Below, in pieces: positions 6,263 through 15,906 of a DNA stretch of 61,871 bases (the first letter of the stretch is position 1; the number at the start of each line of letters is the position of its first letter). Under the pieces are notes generated by a model. The model ran no database searches, was not told the DNA's origin, and worked only from the letters and a program-made list of their open reading frames with translations. Origin of the DNA: an uncultured Eubacteriales bacterium (GTDB lineage Bacteria > Bacillota > Clostridia > Christensenellales > UBA1242). The translations under genes were made by a program, and so were the position numbers. Location of the stretch: contig CARXKP010000003.1 in NCBI GenBank assembly GCA_949096025.1, forward strand, positions 1 to 61,871, read 5' to 3'.

Positions 6263-8812
6263 TTAAGGTTTCTTGTATGTGCTTCCACCTGAATTTTCTG
6301 TAGCTCTCTTAATTTCCTTAGTATCTGAAACCAATTGTTTAAGTAACGCATTAGTTTCTTTCTGAAGATTTTGTTCAGCTTGAGAGTTGGCAACATCAGT
6401 AGCGTGATGTTCTCTACGCATTGCATCACCTTCAGACTTACGATCAAGAGAAGTGCCTTTCATAGTCATAGCAGGTCCTAATGAATCTTTTATGCCACCT
6501 AGAACCTTATCAAGTCCAAACGCACCGCCCATTTCTTTCATAGACTTAACGAATGCATCAGACATAGATTTACCTGCTTTCTTAGCATCAAATGTAACAT
6601 CAAGTGCTTTACCAGTTAATTTAACACCTTTCCATAAACCATTACTAATTGCAGAGATTTTATCTTTTGCTGAATCTTTTATTGACCTATTTTCCTTAGA
6701 ATACTCACCATTAGATCCTTTCTTATAGTGTAATTCACCTTTTTCCATTTTTTCTTTAACATTTTCAGCACGTTTATAAACTTTAGCAATTTCTTCTTTG
6801 CCACTATCACTATCATAGTTGACATTTTTCTTGCCTGTAATTCTTTCATACTCTGTTCTATTTCTAGTTTGTTCTTGCTCTAGGCTATCCATCATACTAT
6901 GTCCAGATCCAGCAGCAACCTTTTTGCCAGAAACATCTCTTTCAGAAAGTTCTTTTTCAATTGCTTTTTTGACGTCATCTTCACTACCGCCTGCACTTCT
7001 TACTTTTAATGCCGCAGTAGCAGCAGCCTTTTCAGCTCCCTCAAGACCTTTAATTCCTTCGGTAGACTTAGAGGCTTCCAACAATGAATTTACCTTATCT
7101 GCTTTTACATTGACATTTCCTGCTTTTTCAGCAATATCAAGAGCCTTTCTATCACCTTCTGCCCGAGCTCGTTTAGCGATTGCTTTACCACCTGCTTTAA
7201 TAGCACCACCTGTAAGTCTAGCCGCACCAACAGCCACTCTAGCAGTTCCGCCGGCCATAGCTGTCATAGTAGAGAAGCCTTTTTTAACAGTGGATTGAAC
7301 TTCACTCTTAAGACCATTACCGATAGAGTTAGCATCAGCACCACCAACAAATCCAGAAACAATAGCAATAAAGTCTTTCATCATAAGGATGCCGACAATT
7401 AGGATAATCATATTAACTATAGAGTTAATCATACCGAAAATTGTACCTGGACCAAACCATTGAATCGTCTGAACATAAGGTAGTATTAACATTATAATAT
7501 TCATACCGAGTATCGCACCGTAAGCCATAAGAACTTGTTGCATAAATTGTGTGCCCCAACTCTTAAATGCTTTAAAGTTATCTAGGGGTCCGAGTGAAAT
7601 AAGTGGAGGATAAATAATGAACAATGCAGCACCTTTTATAAGTCTAGACATAAGACCAAGGATAACTGACAGCATTACACCAACCATTGTAACACCACCA
7701 CCGAAGGCTACTATGAATTGGAATTGCCATAAGTCATAATGTAACCATACTGCAGTTAGGTTGTATTTTGAGAAAGAACTCATCGTGTTAATAGCCCCAG
7801 TAAAATCTGTCCCTCTTATATATCTAACATTTGGATACCAACTTTTAACTTCATTAATAGATTTAGAAACCTTTAATTTTATATTATTCATAAAAGCAAA
7901 ATCAATTTGATCTGCTATATAATTTTTTCTTTCTTCATCACTTTTACAATTACGGAAATCATTACAATCGTTACTTCCAAAAATTTGACTGCTTTGTGCA
8001 TTCCCTATTGTAATATTCTCTGTACGCACTCGATTTGCAGAAAATGCTGCCGCTTTGAACAACATACCACCCATTGTAGAGGTTGTTGTTGGAGAATAAG
8101 CTCCAAAGAAGTCATAATATGTATAGCAAAGCTTGCTAGTTGGGTCATCCTTAACAAGATAAGTTCCTTCAAATTTATCAGTAACAACAGTATTTCCATA
8201 CATTGCTTTAACTTTTTCCGCGTCAGTTCCAGCAGTAATTTGGTCAAGAATATTAAGTATAAAACTTGAAAGGTTAAGACCAATAACAACCATAACAGGC
8301 ATAATGAAGTAAGTAAGAATACCTTTAATAGCGGCATAAATATATTTCCAAGGATTAGTAGTTTGATAATCTTCGTTATAGTGAGATTTAATCATAGCTA
8401 TCATTGTAGCAAGTACTAACAATATTAACGCAAAGATTGATAACGATATGAAAACGGTATGTAATGCTCTATAAACAGAAGCTCTATCACCAATACCTAA
8501 TATTCCATAAATAAATTCTGAAAGAGGATCTCTACCAAAAATCTGAGTAAACTTTGTTCCTCCACCGCTAGCGGAACCACTTATCTGAACTCCATCAACA
8601 ATTGTTCCACCTTCAGAAGGTCCTGCCGATTCTAATCCAGACACCCAGTAGGAATCTAAACCGGCAAGTTTTCTCATTAGACATTGAAGAGCATCAATTC
8701 CACTTGCGAATGCCGCAAAGAAGAAATAAATAATTCGTGGAATATTATCAAGGATGGATAAGAACCAATCTTTGATACCATCAAACAATCCCAATAACAT
8801 CGATGTATTCAT
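6263..8812 (-). CDS. Large polytopic membrane protein (849 aa) with about 330-aa Gly/Ala/Lys/Glu-rich cytoplasmic tail; function unknown (TcpH/TrbL/VirB6-like architecture only)
   Basis: SD is AAAGGAGGGGATTT-ATG. There are many hydrophobic helices, e.g. IIYFFFAAFASGI, SLSIFALILLVLATMIAMI, GILTYFIMPVMVVIGLNL, FIVAFGGGVTMVGVMLSVILGL, AYGAILGMNIIMLILPYV and MIILIVGILMM. The low-complexity tail follows from about residue 515. The gene is monocistronic, with its own TGgTATAAT promoter and terminator. Confidence 0.8.
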   Translation of the reverse strand: MNTSMLLGLFDGIKDWFLSILDNIPRIIYFFFAAFASGIDALQCLMRKLAGLDSYWVSGLESAGPSEGGTIVDGVQISGSASGGGTKFTQIFGRDPLSEFIYGILGIGDRASVYRALHTVFISLSIFALILLVLATMIAMIKSHYNEDYQTTNPWKYIYAAIKGILTYFIMPVMVVIGLNLSSFILNILDQITAGTDAEKVKAMYGNTVVTDKFEGTYLVKDDPTSKLCYTYYDFFGAYSPTTTSTMGGMLFKAAAFSANRVRTENITIGNAQSSQIFGSNDCNDFRNCKSDEERKNYIADQIDFAFMNNIKLKVSKSINEVKSWYPNVRYIRGTDFTGAINTMSSFSKYNLTAVWLHYDLWQFQFIVAFGGGVTMVGVMLSVILGLMSRLIKGAALFIIYPPLISLGPLDNFKAFKSWGTQFMQQVLMAYGAILGMNIIMLILPYVQTIQWFGPGTIFGMINSIVNMIILIVGILMMKDFIAIVSGFVGGADANSIGNGLKSEVQSTVKKGFSTMTAMAGGTARVAVGAARLTGGAIKAGGKAIAKRARAEGDRKALDIAEKAGNVNVKADKVNSLLEASKSTEGIKGLEGAEKAAATAALKVRSAGGSEDDVKKAIEKELSERDVSGKKVAAGSGHSMMDSLEQEQTRNRTEYERITGKKNVNYDSDSGKEEIAKVYKRAENVKEKMEKGELHYKKGSNGEYSKENRSIKDSAKDKISAISNGLWKGVKLTGKALDVTFDAKKAGKSMSDAFVKSMKEMGGAFGLDKVLGGIKDSLGPAMTMKGTSLDRKSEGDAMRREHHATDVANSQAEQNLQKETNALLKQLVSDTKEIKRATENSGGSTYKKP

Positions 8813-8899
8813 AAATCCCCTCCTTTTAACAATCTTACAATCTTAGATTATACTTAAATATATAAGTTATACTATTTATCATTATCATTATACCAAATA

Positions 8900-8928
8900 A
8901 AAATTCAAATTACAACAAAAAGTTGTAA
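8900..8928 (-). terminator. Terminator after rsmA
   Basis: On the minus strand: TTACAAC-ttttt-GTTGTAA followed by a T-rich run. Confidence 0.5.
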
Positions 8929-8930
8929 AT

Positions 8931-9710
8931 TCAATTAAATAATTTTAAATAAATTTCCATAATTTCGTACAAATCAAACTCTTCTGCCCTTTTAGCTAGA
9001 GTATCTTCTCCTAACAAAGCAAGTTTTTCAGTGTTTACGCCAAATTTCGCAAGGTTATTTCTCAGAGTTTTTCTGCGCATAGCAAACATTCCACCAACAA
9101 ATTTATAGAACTTATCTCCGTTCTTTACCGTAGTTTTACCGTGATTTAGCGTAATATTAACTATAGCAGAATCAACATTTGGCTGTGGATAAAATAGTTT
9201 TCTTGAAACCACTCGCTTAATTTCTGCATTGCCGTAATATGCGGTCATTACCGACAACACACCGTAATTTTTACCGCCGGCTGTAGCAATCATTCTTTCA
9301 GCAACCTCTTTTTGCACCATAATGGTAAGTGATGTTAACTTTGTAGATTTAAGAAATTTAAATAATATTGGTGTAGTAATATAGTATGGCAAGTTGGCAA
9401 CCATTTTATAACCGTTTTTAAAATCCTTTTCGATCTCATCAAGAGAATAATTCATAACATCGTCAAAAAGAAATTCTACATTTTCTAAATTTAAAGATAG
9501 AAGATGATCTTTTAAATCATTATCTATCTCATAACTCACAACTCTCTTTGCCGACTCTGAAAGTGCCTCAGTCAAACTTCCACCACCTGCCCCAATTTCT
9601 AGAACCTCATCATCCTCATTGATGTCTGCATCATTGCAAATAGCTTTTAATAAATTTTTATCGCTTATAAAATTTTGTCCAAACTTTTTTTTAAAATTGT
9701 GATTTAACAT
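8931..9710 (-). CDS. rsmA: 16S rRNA (adenine1518/1519-N6)-dimethyltransferase RsmA/KsgA
   Basis: KKKFGQNFISDKNLLKAI... and the SAM motif VLEIGAGGGSLTEAL, plus NLPYYITTPI. Confidence 0.9.
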   Translation of the reverse strand: MLNHNFKKKFGQNFISDKNLLKAICNDADINEDDEVLEIGAGGGSLTEALSESAKRVVSYEIDNDLKDHLLSLNLENVEFLFDDVMNYSLDEIEKDFKNGYKMVANLPYYITTPILFKFLKSTKLTSLTIMVQKEVAERMIATAGGKNYGVLSVMTAYYGNAEIKRVVSRKLFYPQPNVDSAIVNITLNHGKTTVKNGDKFYKFVGGMFAMRRKTLRNNLAKFGVNTEKLALLGEDTLAKRAEEFDLYEIMEIYLKLFN

Positions 9711-10477
9711 AACCTAAAAAGCCTCCTTGCATTATCTGTAGTTATTCTTGCAATTTCTTCTACGCTAACACCTTTTACTTTTGCCAAATTTTCGGCAATA
9801 GTTGGTATATAACAAGGACTATTCCTTTGCCCTCTATAAGGATGAGGGGTAAGATAAGGACTATCGGTTTCTAAAAGTAATCTGTCTATCGGAACTGACT
9901 GTAATGTCTCTCTCAGATTTTCAGCATTTTTGAATGTTGACACCCCTCCGACTGATATATAAAATCCAAGTTTTAATAATTCCTTTGCAATCTCCTTACT
10001 TCCACTATAACAATGCATTGTTCCACCACTCGTTAAGAGATTCTTATTTGCTTTTAAAACTTCTATCATATCACCATAAGCATCTCTACAATGTATAACG
10101 ATAGGGAGGGACAAATCATTTGCCAATATTAATTGCCTAACCAACCCCTCTTTCTGTTCTTCTCGCGAAGGCATATTGTCGGTATACTGCAAACCTATCT
10201 CTCCTATAGCAACCACTTTTTTACTTTTAGCAAGAATCTTTAACGCAATTTCAAGGTCATCATTATAATCATTTATATATTCAGGATATATTCCAATAGA
10301 GGCAAAAACGCCATCATTATCTTCTGCAATTTTAACTGCCTCCACTGATGATAACTTATCAACCCCTGAGGTAATTATATATTTTACTCCACACTCTTGA
10401 CTTTTCTGTAAAACAGCTTGTCTATCATTTTTATAAACCTCGCTATCAAGATGTGCGTGGCAATCTACAAATTCCAT
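9704..10477 (-). CDS. tatD: TatD-family metal-dependent DNase/hydrolase
   Basis: MEFVDCHAHLD..., IGEIGLQY, IVIHCRDA, ETDSPYLTP. It overlaps the rsmA start by 7 nt. Confidence 0.85.
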   Translation of the reverse strand: MEFVDCHAHLDSEVYKNDRQAVLQKSQECGVKYIITSGVDKLSSVEAVKIAEDNDGVFASIGIYPEYINDYNDDLEIALKILAKSKKVVAIGEIGLQYTDNMPSREEQKEGLVRQLILANDLSLPIVIHCRDAYGDMIEVLKANKNLLTSGGTMHCYSGSKEIAKELLKLGFYISVGGVSTFKNAENLRETLQSVPIDRLLLETDSPYLTPHPYRGQRNSPCYIPTIAENLAKVKGVSVEEIARITTDNARRLFRLC

Positions 10478-10590
10478 CTCTTCCCCCTAAGAAAAAGTTT
10501 TTCTTTTATAATAATGATATAAATCATCAAAAAAGTCAATTATAATACATTTAAAATTCTAAAAGAGGACAAAAGAAAATAGATTATAAT

Positions 10591-11283
10591 ATGAATTTGA
10601 TATGGTTTTTAATGATTGTGATTTCAATTAGTTTTTTAATTTTCTCTAACCCCTCTCTTGTACTAAGTACAATGATAGATGCCTCTGATGGCGCTTTAAA
10701 ACTGGCAGTGGAACTATGCGCTGTATATGCGGTATGGTTAGGACTACTCGAACTTGTGGAAGAAAGCGGACTTAGCAGGAAACTCGCAAAGGTGCTTCAC
10801 CCAGTAATAAAATGGCTTTTTAAAATAGATGACCCAGAAACAGAAAAAATGATTGCTCTTAATATGTCCGCTAATATGCTTGGACTTGGCAATGCGGCAA
10901 CTCCTATGGGAATATCTGCAATGAAAAGACTTGATAATGGTAGCGGAATAGCAACTAATGCAATAATTATGTTAATAGTTCTTAACTCTACCTCTATTCA
11001 ACTTTTACCATCGACTATAATAGGTCTTAGAGCGGCGGCAGGCTCAACAAATCCAGCCGATATTATATTACCTACTCTAATATCCACTATTTGCACCTGC
11101 ATTGTTGGTGTAAGTTTAGTTAAGCTATGCGGATTAATAAGAAACAAATTAAAAAATAAAGATGATAAAAACAACAAGAAAAATATATTTTGCAAGAAAA
11201 ATAACTTTGTTATAGACAAATCCAATACTAGCAAGAATGGACAAACTATCAATCAGAAGATAACAAGAGGTGGCGGAAAATGA
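10591..11283 (+). CDS. spmA: Spore maturation protein A (nucleoside-recognition/Gate domain) with basic C-terminal tail
   Basis: Gate-domain membrane protein (GLLELVEESGL..., NMSANMLGLGNAATPMG). It is followed, with a 4-nt overlap, by spmB. The tail is extra K/N-rich. Confidence 0.75.
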   Translation: MNLIWFLMIVISISFLIFSNPSLVLSTMIDASDGALKLAVELCAVYAVWLGLLELVEESGLSRKLAKVLHPVIKWLFKIDDPETEKMIALNMSANMLGLGNAATPMGISAMKRLDNGSGIATNAIIMLIVLNSTSIQLLPSTIIGLRAAAGSTNPADIILPTLISTICTCIVGVSLVKLCGLIRNKLKNKDDKNNKKNIFCKKNNFVIDKSNTSKNGQTINQKITRGGGK

Positions 11284-11786
11284 GCGCTTATATAATTCCT
11301 GTACTATTCATTTCTCTTTTTTGTTATGCAAAATACAAAAAAATCAATGCCTATGATACTTTTGTTAAGGGGGCAAAAAAAGCAATTCCTCTTGTTATAG
11401 ATATATTCCCATTTATCGCTACCATAATGGTGGCGGTTGCCCTGCTAAGGACAAGCGGTGCCATATTACTTCTTGCTAAAGTCTTTTCCCCTGTTTTTTC
11501 GTTTCTCGGCATTCCAGGTGAGCTTATTGAACTTGTCCTACTTCGTCCATTTACTGGCTCTGGAAGTTATGCTCTTCTAAATGATGTACTACTTCAATAT
11601 GGATCAGATAGTTATATTTCAAGATGTGCCTGTGTAATACTTGGTTGCAGTGAAACAATTTTCTATGTAACCACGGTTTACACCTCGCAAACAAAAGTTA
11701 AAAGACTTTTGTATGCCATTCCTATTGCTTTGATTGCTTCCGTCGTTGGTTCGGTTGTTGCCTGTTTAATATGCAAGGTTATTTAA
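11280..11786 (+). CDS. spmB: Spore maturation protein B
   Basis: 168-aa membrane protein (LRPFTGSGSYALLNDVL, GCSETIFYV) that overlaps the spmA stop, the typical spmAB arrangement. Confidence 0.75.
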   Translation: MSAYIIPVLFISLFCYAKYKKINAYDTFVKGAKKAIPLVIDIFPFIATIMVAVALLRTSGAILLLAKVFSPVFSFLGIPGELIELVLLRPFTGSGSYALLNDVLLQYGSDSYISRCACVILGCSETIFYVTTVYTSQTKVKRLLYAIPIALIASVVGSVVACLICKVI

Positions 11787-11991
11787 TAAATTTATCTCTG
11801 TCGTGTTCTAAAATTGAAATATTAGTACAAATTGACGACAGGAGAGCCTTTATTTTTCTTAAATCATCCTTGCTATACTTTTTACACAAAAAAATTGATA
11901 TACTAGATGCAAGTGTAACAATCTCACATCCCGTTATATCAATTTTATTTTTTTCTTCGCAATCATTTTTGTCGTTATTATTTCTATCCAT
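11779..11991 (-). CDS. Hypothetical small protein (70 aa)
   Basis: ATG ORF 45 nt downstream of gltX, with no clear SD. The core CEIVTLASSISIFLCKKYSKDDLRKIKALLSSICTNISIL resembles a small-protein family common in Clostridia (C-E-[LI]...A..I...LS.DEL..L...), recalled from memory only. Confidence 0.35.
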   Translation of the reverse strand: MDRNNNDKNDCEEKNKIDITGCEIVTLASSISIFLCKKYSKDDLRKIKALLSSICTNISILEHDRDKFIK

Positions 11992-12036
11992 ATATTTATT
12001 TATGTTAATAAATATAATTATGCAAAATATATTGTT

Positions 12037-13674
12037 TTAAAATTTAATATTAAGTCTAGTCTTTACCTCATCCTCACCTAAAATTTCCATTATAGTAAAG
12101 AGTGTTGGCGAATCTTTTTCTCCAGTAATAGCAACTCTTATAAACTCGCAGGCTTTAGCAACATTACCTTTGTATGCAGAAGGATTTTCCTTATAAAGTT
12201 TATTGTCTGTTGCATATCCAAGTTCACCTGCAAGCAACTTCACGTCGTTAAACCATTCCTCATTTGTAGAAGGCATAGCAAATTTCTTTCTATATTCACT
12301 TAAGAGTTCATTTGCTTTTTCCCTGTCTTCACTATCAATATCAAATTTAGTTGGAGTATTAAAGAAATATGCAAATTTTTCTTTCATCATCTTATAGTTG
12401 TAAATATCTTTTCTTGGTTTCGGTCTACCATCCCTATCCATTTGGCAAACTTTAACAAATTTTTCTTTTTCACTTTCAAGGACACTTACAAGTTCGCTGT
12501 CATACTCCTTAGCAAATTTCAACCAATTTTCATAAAGAGTTCCACCACTCATAGTAGCAATAACATTTTTAGAAATATCATTTAACTTTACAAGGTCAAA
12601 TATTGGTGCAACTGTGGTAATTTCATTTGGTTTAAACTTAAACTCTCTCCAACTTTTATCAGGATTATTTTTACGCCAAATCTCAAAACCTGAGTTAACC
12701 ATATTTAGTAAATACTCATAAACGGCATCATTTGGATAACCATTTTCACAGAAATAAAGCATATTTGACTCTGGGTCATATCGTTTAGATATCTTTCTTC
12801 TATTTCCTTGTTCATTAAGTTTGTAAATTAATGGATTATGGCAGTATTGAATTTGTTTAAAGCCAAGCGCCTCAAAAAGTTCTACGTGGGCAGGAGTTGA
12901 AGCGATATACTCCTCTCCTCTTACTACAATATTAGTGCCCATAAGGGTATCATCAATAGCGTGAGCAAAAGGATATGGTGGGGTTCCATCACTTTTTAAA
13001 ATAATAAAGTCCTTAGCATTTGCTTTTGCTTCTAGGTCACCTTTAATAAGATCATTAAATTTTATTCTCTCTGTTCCTGTGTTCTTTGTCTTTAAACGAA
13101 TAGCAAAACTATCACCATTATCGATATGTTTTTTGATTTCTTCATAACTTAAATCACGGCAAGGATCATACTCTCTTTCGTCATTTTCCACAAACTTGCT
13201 TTCACGAAGTTTTAAAACATCCTCTTTTCCTTCTGTTTTTTTACAAAAGCAAGGAAAAGCCTTGCCTTCACTTACAAGTTTTTTAGCAAACACCTTATAA
13301 ATATCAACTCTTTGACTTTGAACATAAGGACCATATTCACCTATATCTTTTCCGTCTAATGTTTGATATTCATCAAAATTCATATCAAAACGTTTAAGTA
13401 CATCGTAAAGAACCTGTTTAGCAACAAGTTTTTCTCTCTTTCTATCTGTGTCTTCAATTCTTAAAAAGATAATTCCGTCGGTGTTTTTTGCAATGTTGTA
13501 ACTAATAAAAGCTTGAAAGAAATTTCCAATATGTACAAGTCCTGTTGGGCTTGGTGCAAATCTTGTAACCATTTGCCCCTCTTTCAAGTTTCTTTTTGGG
13601 TATTTTTTAAAGATGTCCTCTGGACTCTCTGTTACATCTGGAAATAATAACTGTGCAATATCATTGTAATTCAT
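12037..13674 (-). CDS. gltX: Glutamate--tRNA ligase (class I, long form)
   Basis: RFAPSPTGLVHIGN (HIGH motif), FLRIEDTDRKRE, KISKR (KMSKS) and C-terminal ITGEKDSPTLFTIMEILG. Confidence 0.85.
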   Translation of the reverse strand: MNYNDIAQLLFPDVTESPEDIFKKYPKRNLKEGQMVTRFAPSPTGLVHIGNFFQAFISYNIAKNTDGIIFLRIEDTDRKREKLVAKQVLYDVLKRFDMNFDEYQTLDGKDIGEYGPYVQSQRVDIYKVFAKKLVSEGKAFPCFCKKTEGKEDVLKLRESKFVENDEREYDPCRDLSYEEIKKHIDNGDSFAIRLKTKNTGTERIKFNDLIKGDLEAKANAKDFIILKSDGTPPYPFAHAIDDTLMGTNIVVRGEEYIASTPAHVELFEALGFKQIQYCHNPLIYKLNEQGNRRKISKRYDPESNMLYFCENGYPNDAVYEYLLNMVNSGFEIWRKNNPDKSWREFKFKPNEITTVAPIFDLVKLNDISKNVIATMSGGTLYENWLKFAKEYDSELVSVLESEKEKFVKVCQMDRDGRPKPRKDIYNYKMMKEKFAYFFNTPTKFDIDSEDREKANELLSEYRKKFAMPSTNEEWFNDVKLLAGELGYATDNKLYKENPSAYKGNVAKACEFIRVAITGEKDSPTLFTIMEILGEDEVKTRLNIKF

Positions 13675-13770
13675 AATTTCTCCTTATTTGTCTATATATT
13701 TATACCACTATTAAAAAATTTTTCAAAATGTTTTTATTGTTTTCTCAAATAAAATTCCTATAATTTAGCA

Positions 13771-13803
13771 AACAAAAAAGGCGTTATTAACACCTTTTTG
13801 TTT
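13771..13803 (-). terminator. Terminator after lipoprotein gene
   Basis: On the minus strand: AAAAAGG-tgttaataacg-CCTTTTTTG. Confidence 0.55.
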
Positions 13804-13808
13804 TATTA

Positions 13809-14840
13809 TTAATTACCTTTTACAGCAACAATTTTTAAATAATCAAGAACTTGAGTAAATGTAGTTGAAGTATAATAATCAATATTGTTTTTGAAAATTT
13901 TAGCATTTTCATTTACTTTGTTATAAGCAATAATTGAACCATCATAAGAATTTTCAAATTCGTGGTAAGAGAATCCCCACATTGCTTGTCTTAAATCATC
14001 TCTAGTATTCTTTAAAGTTCCTAAGAATTTGCTAAGACTAAGTGCAAGTTGAGGAGTCATATCAATATTTTTGTCTTTACTTGCAACTTCGCTTGAAAAT
14101 CTAACAAGAGCATTTTTTGTTGTTGTATATTCAGTACTATCTGATGGTATACCTTTATGGCTATCTAAGAAATAAATTCTGAAATCTTCAAAAATTCCAA
14201 GATACTGATAATCAAGATAAAATTCAAGGCCTGTAGCAGTCATTTTATCATTGCCAACATTTGCTGCAAGATTTACCTCTCTATCAAGATGATAAGCAAG
14301 TGAATTTGCGCAGTCATATACTCTTCCAATAAATGTAGACATAGCAGTCCTATAGTTATAGAAATATCCATTGTAAAGGTTATAATTAAGTCCTGAAACC
14401 TCTTTTGCTCCAGCAAGTTTACTATGTTCTGCTTTCACCCATTCATATTCTGACTTCATAGAGTTGACACTATTATTGAGTGATTTAAAGTTTACTTGAA
14501 CAGAAGAAGATTTTAATTGTGGATAATATTTTTCAATAAAGTTTAAGCCATAAGCCGCTAATAACTTATATTGATTATAATCGGTAGAATTATCTTGAGC
14601 ACTTGTTGAACTAACTTCTTTTTTATAAACAACATCATTAAGAATAAAGTTTGAAGTTAAGCCCTGCTCGCTTCCACTTGAGAAAGTAGAAGTATCCGCT
14701 TTCATAGCTGAAATTGTTTCATCAAATAACTGATATGTGTCAGCACTTGTTCCTTTCTTTCCACAACCAAACAACATAACACTTGTAAGAGCAAGGACGC
14801 AAATTAGAAAAACTGGTAAAATAATTTTCTTAACTTTCAT
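13809..14840 (-). CDS. Hypothetical lipoprotein (343 aa)
   Basis: Signal peptide with lipobox MKVKKIILPVFLICVLALTSVMLFGC. SD is AGGAGGTAACTAAT. There is a 1-nt gap to the upstream gene. Confidence 0.75.
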   Translation of the reverse strand: MKVKKIILPVFLICVLALTSVMLFGCGKKGTSADTYQLFDETISAMKADTSTFSSGSEQGLTSNFILNDVVYKKEVSSTSAQDNSTDYNQYKLLAAYGLNFIEKYYPQLKSSSVQVNFKSLNNSVNSMKSEYEWVKAEHSKLAGAKEVSGLNYNLYNGYFYNYRTAMSTFIGRVYDCANSLAYHLDREVNLAANVGNDKMTATGLEFYLDYQYLGIFEDFRIYFLDSHKGIPSDSTEYTTTKNALVRFSSEVASKDKNIDMTPQLALSLSKFLGTLKNTRDDLRQAMWGFSYHEFENSYDGSIIAYNKVNENAKIFKNNIDYYTSTTFTQVLDYLKIVAVKGN

Positions 14841-14841
14841 A

Positions 14842-15789
14842 TTAGTTACCTCCTAAAAATGCTGTAACGGCATTTTTTATGGTTTCATCATTGAAAGTAA
14901 ATTCAAAATAACCACTTTCAGTAATTGACTCAACTGCTTTTACAAAGTTTTTCTCAACACCTAAGAATGTTGATAAAACGTCAAACTTTGCTTGAATTGC
15001 ATCAGAGAAATAGTAACCAGCAATATTAGTTTTTCTAACAAGATTTACATCTACAAATTTTTTAAAGTTGTTAATCTTGCCAGCTCCTTTATAATTGTAC
15101 TCGCTTACATCAGTTGTTTTCTTATCGGTATCATTTGTCTTTTCAAAATCAGAAATAATAACACTAAGATAATTATCAACCGCATTAAGTACTGCACTTG
15201 TTGCTGGGTTGTTTTCAAGAATATCCCCCATAGAACCAAGGTAGGCATTCTTTAATGCAGAAATTGCACTTTGGTTACATTTAAGCCAATAAGTATATTC
15301 ACGTCTAAAGTCAATGAGTTTATAGCGATAAGGATCAGATGAAGTCTTTCCTTCAGTATTGATATCATTAATCATATTAACAAGTTTATCCTTGCTATCC
15401 TTAGCACTATTAAGATTATTTTTGATTGGTTTATAATTTCTTTTTAAGTTTTTATCTACATTTGCAAAAATCAATTTAGAATTATAGAATTCTAGAACTG
15501 CATTTACAGAATTTGTAAGCGTTTCAATACTTGCAAATTCATTGCTATACTTGCTAAATGCACTGCCTGAAATACTAAGTTCAGCCTCATTGAACTCATT
15601 CTTTTCTGCATCTCTAGCAAGGAATGTAGTTTCAGTCGCTCTGTTAAGAGTTTGTACAGCATTGTATGTATTTGGTGGAATGCAAAGAAGTATAATTACA
15701 ACGACAATAGCAACAAGCACAAACAAAGCAACACCGATAAGTGCTTTTTTGCCACCGCCTGTTGAGTATCCTTTTGAATTTTTACCCAT
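14842..15789 (-). CDS. Hypothetical N-terminally anchored extracytoplasmic protein (315 aa)
   Basis: SD is AAAGGAGGGGAGA. There is a single N-terminal TM (ALIGVALFVLVAIVVVIILLCI). The rest is helical and N/K/S-rich. Confidence 0.75.
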   Translation of the reverse strand: MGKNSKGYSTGGGKKALIGVALFVLVAIVVVIILLCIPPNTYNAVQTLNRATETTFLARDAEKNEFNEAELSISGSAFSKYSNEFASIETLTNSVNAVLEFYNSKLIFANVDKNLKRNYKPIKNNLNSAKDSKDKLVNMINDINTEGKTSSDPYRYKLIDFRREYTYWLKCNQSAISALKNAYLGSMGDILENNPATSAVLNAVDNYLSVIISDFEKTNDTDKKTTDVSEYNYKGAGKINNFKKFVDVNLVRKTNIAGYYFSDAIQAKFDVLSTFLGVEKNFVKAVESITESGYFEFTFNDETIKNAVTAFLGGN

Positions 15790-15906
15790 TCTCCCCTCCT
15801 TTAATTTTAAGATAGAATATATTAATATCTATTTCCTTAATTATATTCTAACTCATTTTGCCTCGCTATTCAAGTAAAATTTTATGAATAATTAAAATTT
15901 TTGATT

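Noticed and set aside
6453-7298. Plus-strand ORFs 6453..6728 and 6819..7298. Similar antisense ORFs occur at 35652..36083, 51668..52054, 3761..3976 and 18691..18942, among others.
   Set aside because: These are shadow ORFs on the opposite strand of well-supported genes. They are typical for A/E/K-rich or low-complexity coding regions. They lack SDs and have Ser/Leu/Phe-rich nonsense composition.
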